A stretch of 63,581 nt of DNA, filler included, from Octopus bimaculoides (lineage: Eukaryota), in assembly GCF_001194135.2 (NCBI RefSeq). It is 6 parts of 3 records of this genome, joined end to end, with 100 filler letters (N's around TTAATTAATTAA, not from the genome) between each part and the next. Parts side by side here need not be neighbours in the genome. Positions count along the whole stretch, not along the records: positions 62,300 to 63,581 come from NC_068992.1; 5 more parts are not named here. One strand, 5' to 3'. The position numbers and the translations under genes were made by a program. Positions within the stretch are counted from its first letter, which is position 1. Every line of letters starts with the position of its first letter. Shown here piece after piece: positions 62,200 to 63,581 of this stretch. The notes beneath the pieces were generated by a model. It was not told where the DNA came from. It ran no database searches and was given only the letters and a program-made list of their open reading frames with translations.

Positions 62200-62299
62200 N
62201 NNNNNNNNNNNNNNNNNNNNNNNNNNNNNNNNNNNNNNNNNNNTTAATTAATTAANNNNNNNNNNNNNNNNNNNNNNNNNNNNNNNNNNNNNNNNNNNN
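62200..62299. other. Artificial scaffold spacer N44-TTAATTAATTAA-N44
   Basis: 12-mer at 62244-62255. Confidence 0.95.
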
Positions 62300-62746
62300 A
62301 TATATATATATATATATAATACACACACACGCACGCGCACATACGCGTATATAATAACGAGTTGACAAAGGAAGGTGACACACAGCATCTTTGTTAGGAG
62401 TGAGATATATACTTGTAGTATGAAAGTTTCCCCGATAAAATATTTACGTTCGTTCAAATTAGCTCATTTTTATGAACCATAGATCTGCTGAGTGTCTGCA
62501 TCACAGCTGGTAATTCGTTCCCTCTAATGCATATTATCTGTATAATGTCGCTATACAATGTCTGTTTAGTGTAGTTACAAGATTGTCCGAACGTGATTGC
62601 TATGTCAAAGGTGGGTGATGGAAAATATAAAGTGTGTGTTATTTATTACTCTTTTTGTGTGTACATATACGCTTATATATGTGAATATCACAAAATTATA
62701 TTCATATATATTAAATGTCGGTTCCTGGAGTAAAGTTATTGTATAC

Positions 62747-62793
<47 letters not shown>

Positions 62794-63120
62794 TTGTCTA
62801 TAGATATATATGTATAAAAATGTACAAATATATATATATATATGTACATAATGGTATATTTTGTGGCATGTCAAGTTTCTTGCAATTATTTGGTGACTGC
62901 CAGAAGCAAAGATTTTAATGCAAGCACGAAGTTTTCGTTTAGGGAACAATAGGTTAACTACGTCTAATTTGACTTATTAAATATGCTGCTACAATACATG
63001 TTTTCAATTCTCTCACGTCATTCGTGATAACATTTGCAACTAAGTATAATACATACACACTTACTCGCATGTATATATGCATGTATTTAAATGATGTATA
63101 TACATATATNNNNNNNNNNG

Positions 63121-63581
63121 GGGGGGGGGAGCTATGTCTTGGAAATCCGCCGATTCATTGCGTTCCCTTTATGGCCGAATTAATAGTCAAGACTATTTAA
63201 GCATTTTATCACATCAAATTCATCCTAGGATGATAACGTACCAATTCACACAGCTATATTTGTTACTGAATGACACGAGGAACGTTCTAGTGAAGTTGAA
63301 CATCTTATTTGACCACCACAGCCCCCATATTCCAATATTATTGAACATTTATGGTGCATTTTAGAAAAACGAGTAAGAAGTCGATACACTCCACCGTCAT
63401 CATTACAAGAACTGGAGACTGTTTTAGCTGAAGAATGTACAACAATTCCTTTGGAAACAGTTCAAACTTTATACGAGTGCATACCTCGAAGATTTCAAGC
63501 TGTAATTACTGCCAAAGGCGGTCCTACCCCATATAAAAATATTTTTTTTGAAATTTTACAGTGTTTCCATTATCTTATCCA
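63121..63581 (+). mobile_element. Tc1-like (DD34E) transposase 3' half plus start of the right TIR, decayed
   Basis: GAMSWKS..GRINSQDYL.IL..QIHP, DDNVPIHTA, EVEHLI*PPQPPYSNIIEHLWCILEK (WPPQSPDLNxIEHLW-like), SSLQELE..L.EE...IP.ETVQ.LYE.IPRRFQAVI.AKGGPTPY; the window ends in gtgtttccattatcttatcca (TIR-like). Confidence 0.85.

Noticed and set aside
2782-62949. Dozens of ORFs rich in YI, CV, HT, MMM or X
   Set aside because: They are translations of (TA)n, (GT)n, (CA)n, (GAT)n tracts or N gaps, with no protein-like composition.
1-63581. CRISPR array, operon or other prokaryote-type system
   Set aside because: No regularly spaced repeat-spacer array and no intact multi-gene cluster; the only recurring short motif with fixed geometry is the artificial scaffold linker.

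Overview
Eukaryotic, AT-rich, microsatellite-dense and repeat-dominated DNA, with short-read scaffold gaps mostly at (TA)n tracts. The SINE and LINE types look like those of octopod cephalopods; this is an inference from remembered repeat sequences, not a database search. I found no convincing host protein-coding gene, and nearly all ORF-track entries are translations of microsatellites or decayed transposons. Supportable content: (i) many tRNA-derived SINE copies, given working labels A-D; (ii) LINE fragments from several RTE-clade families plus an R4-like 3' end, including one well-preserved 0.93-kb RTE 3' end with a single nonsense codon; (iii) two head-to-head Penelope-like RT fragments; (iv) DNA-transposon fossils (two different hAT transposases, mariner, maT-like, Tc1); (v) cleanly delimited nested insertions with target-site duplications (TSDs): two hAT-type MITEs inside SINEs, a TG...CA solo-LTR-like element inside a LINE, and a LINE tail inside a SINE; (vi) a 64-nt decayed copy of the exact 5' end of 18S rRNA; (vii) five artificial N44-TTAATTAATTAA-N44 scaffold linkers. 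I did not find a credible new multi-gene system. The best leads concern retrotransposition mechanism and transposon archaeology. Coordinates of decayed elements are approximate (tens of bp); TSD and TIR coordinates were counted directly.
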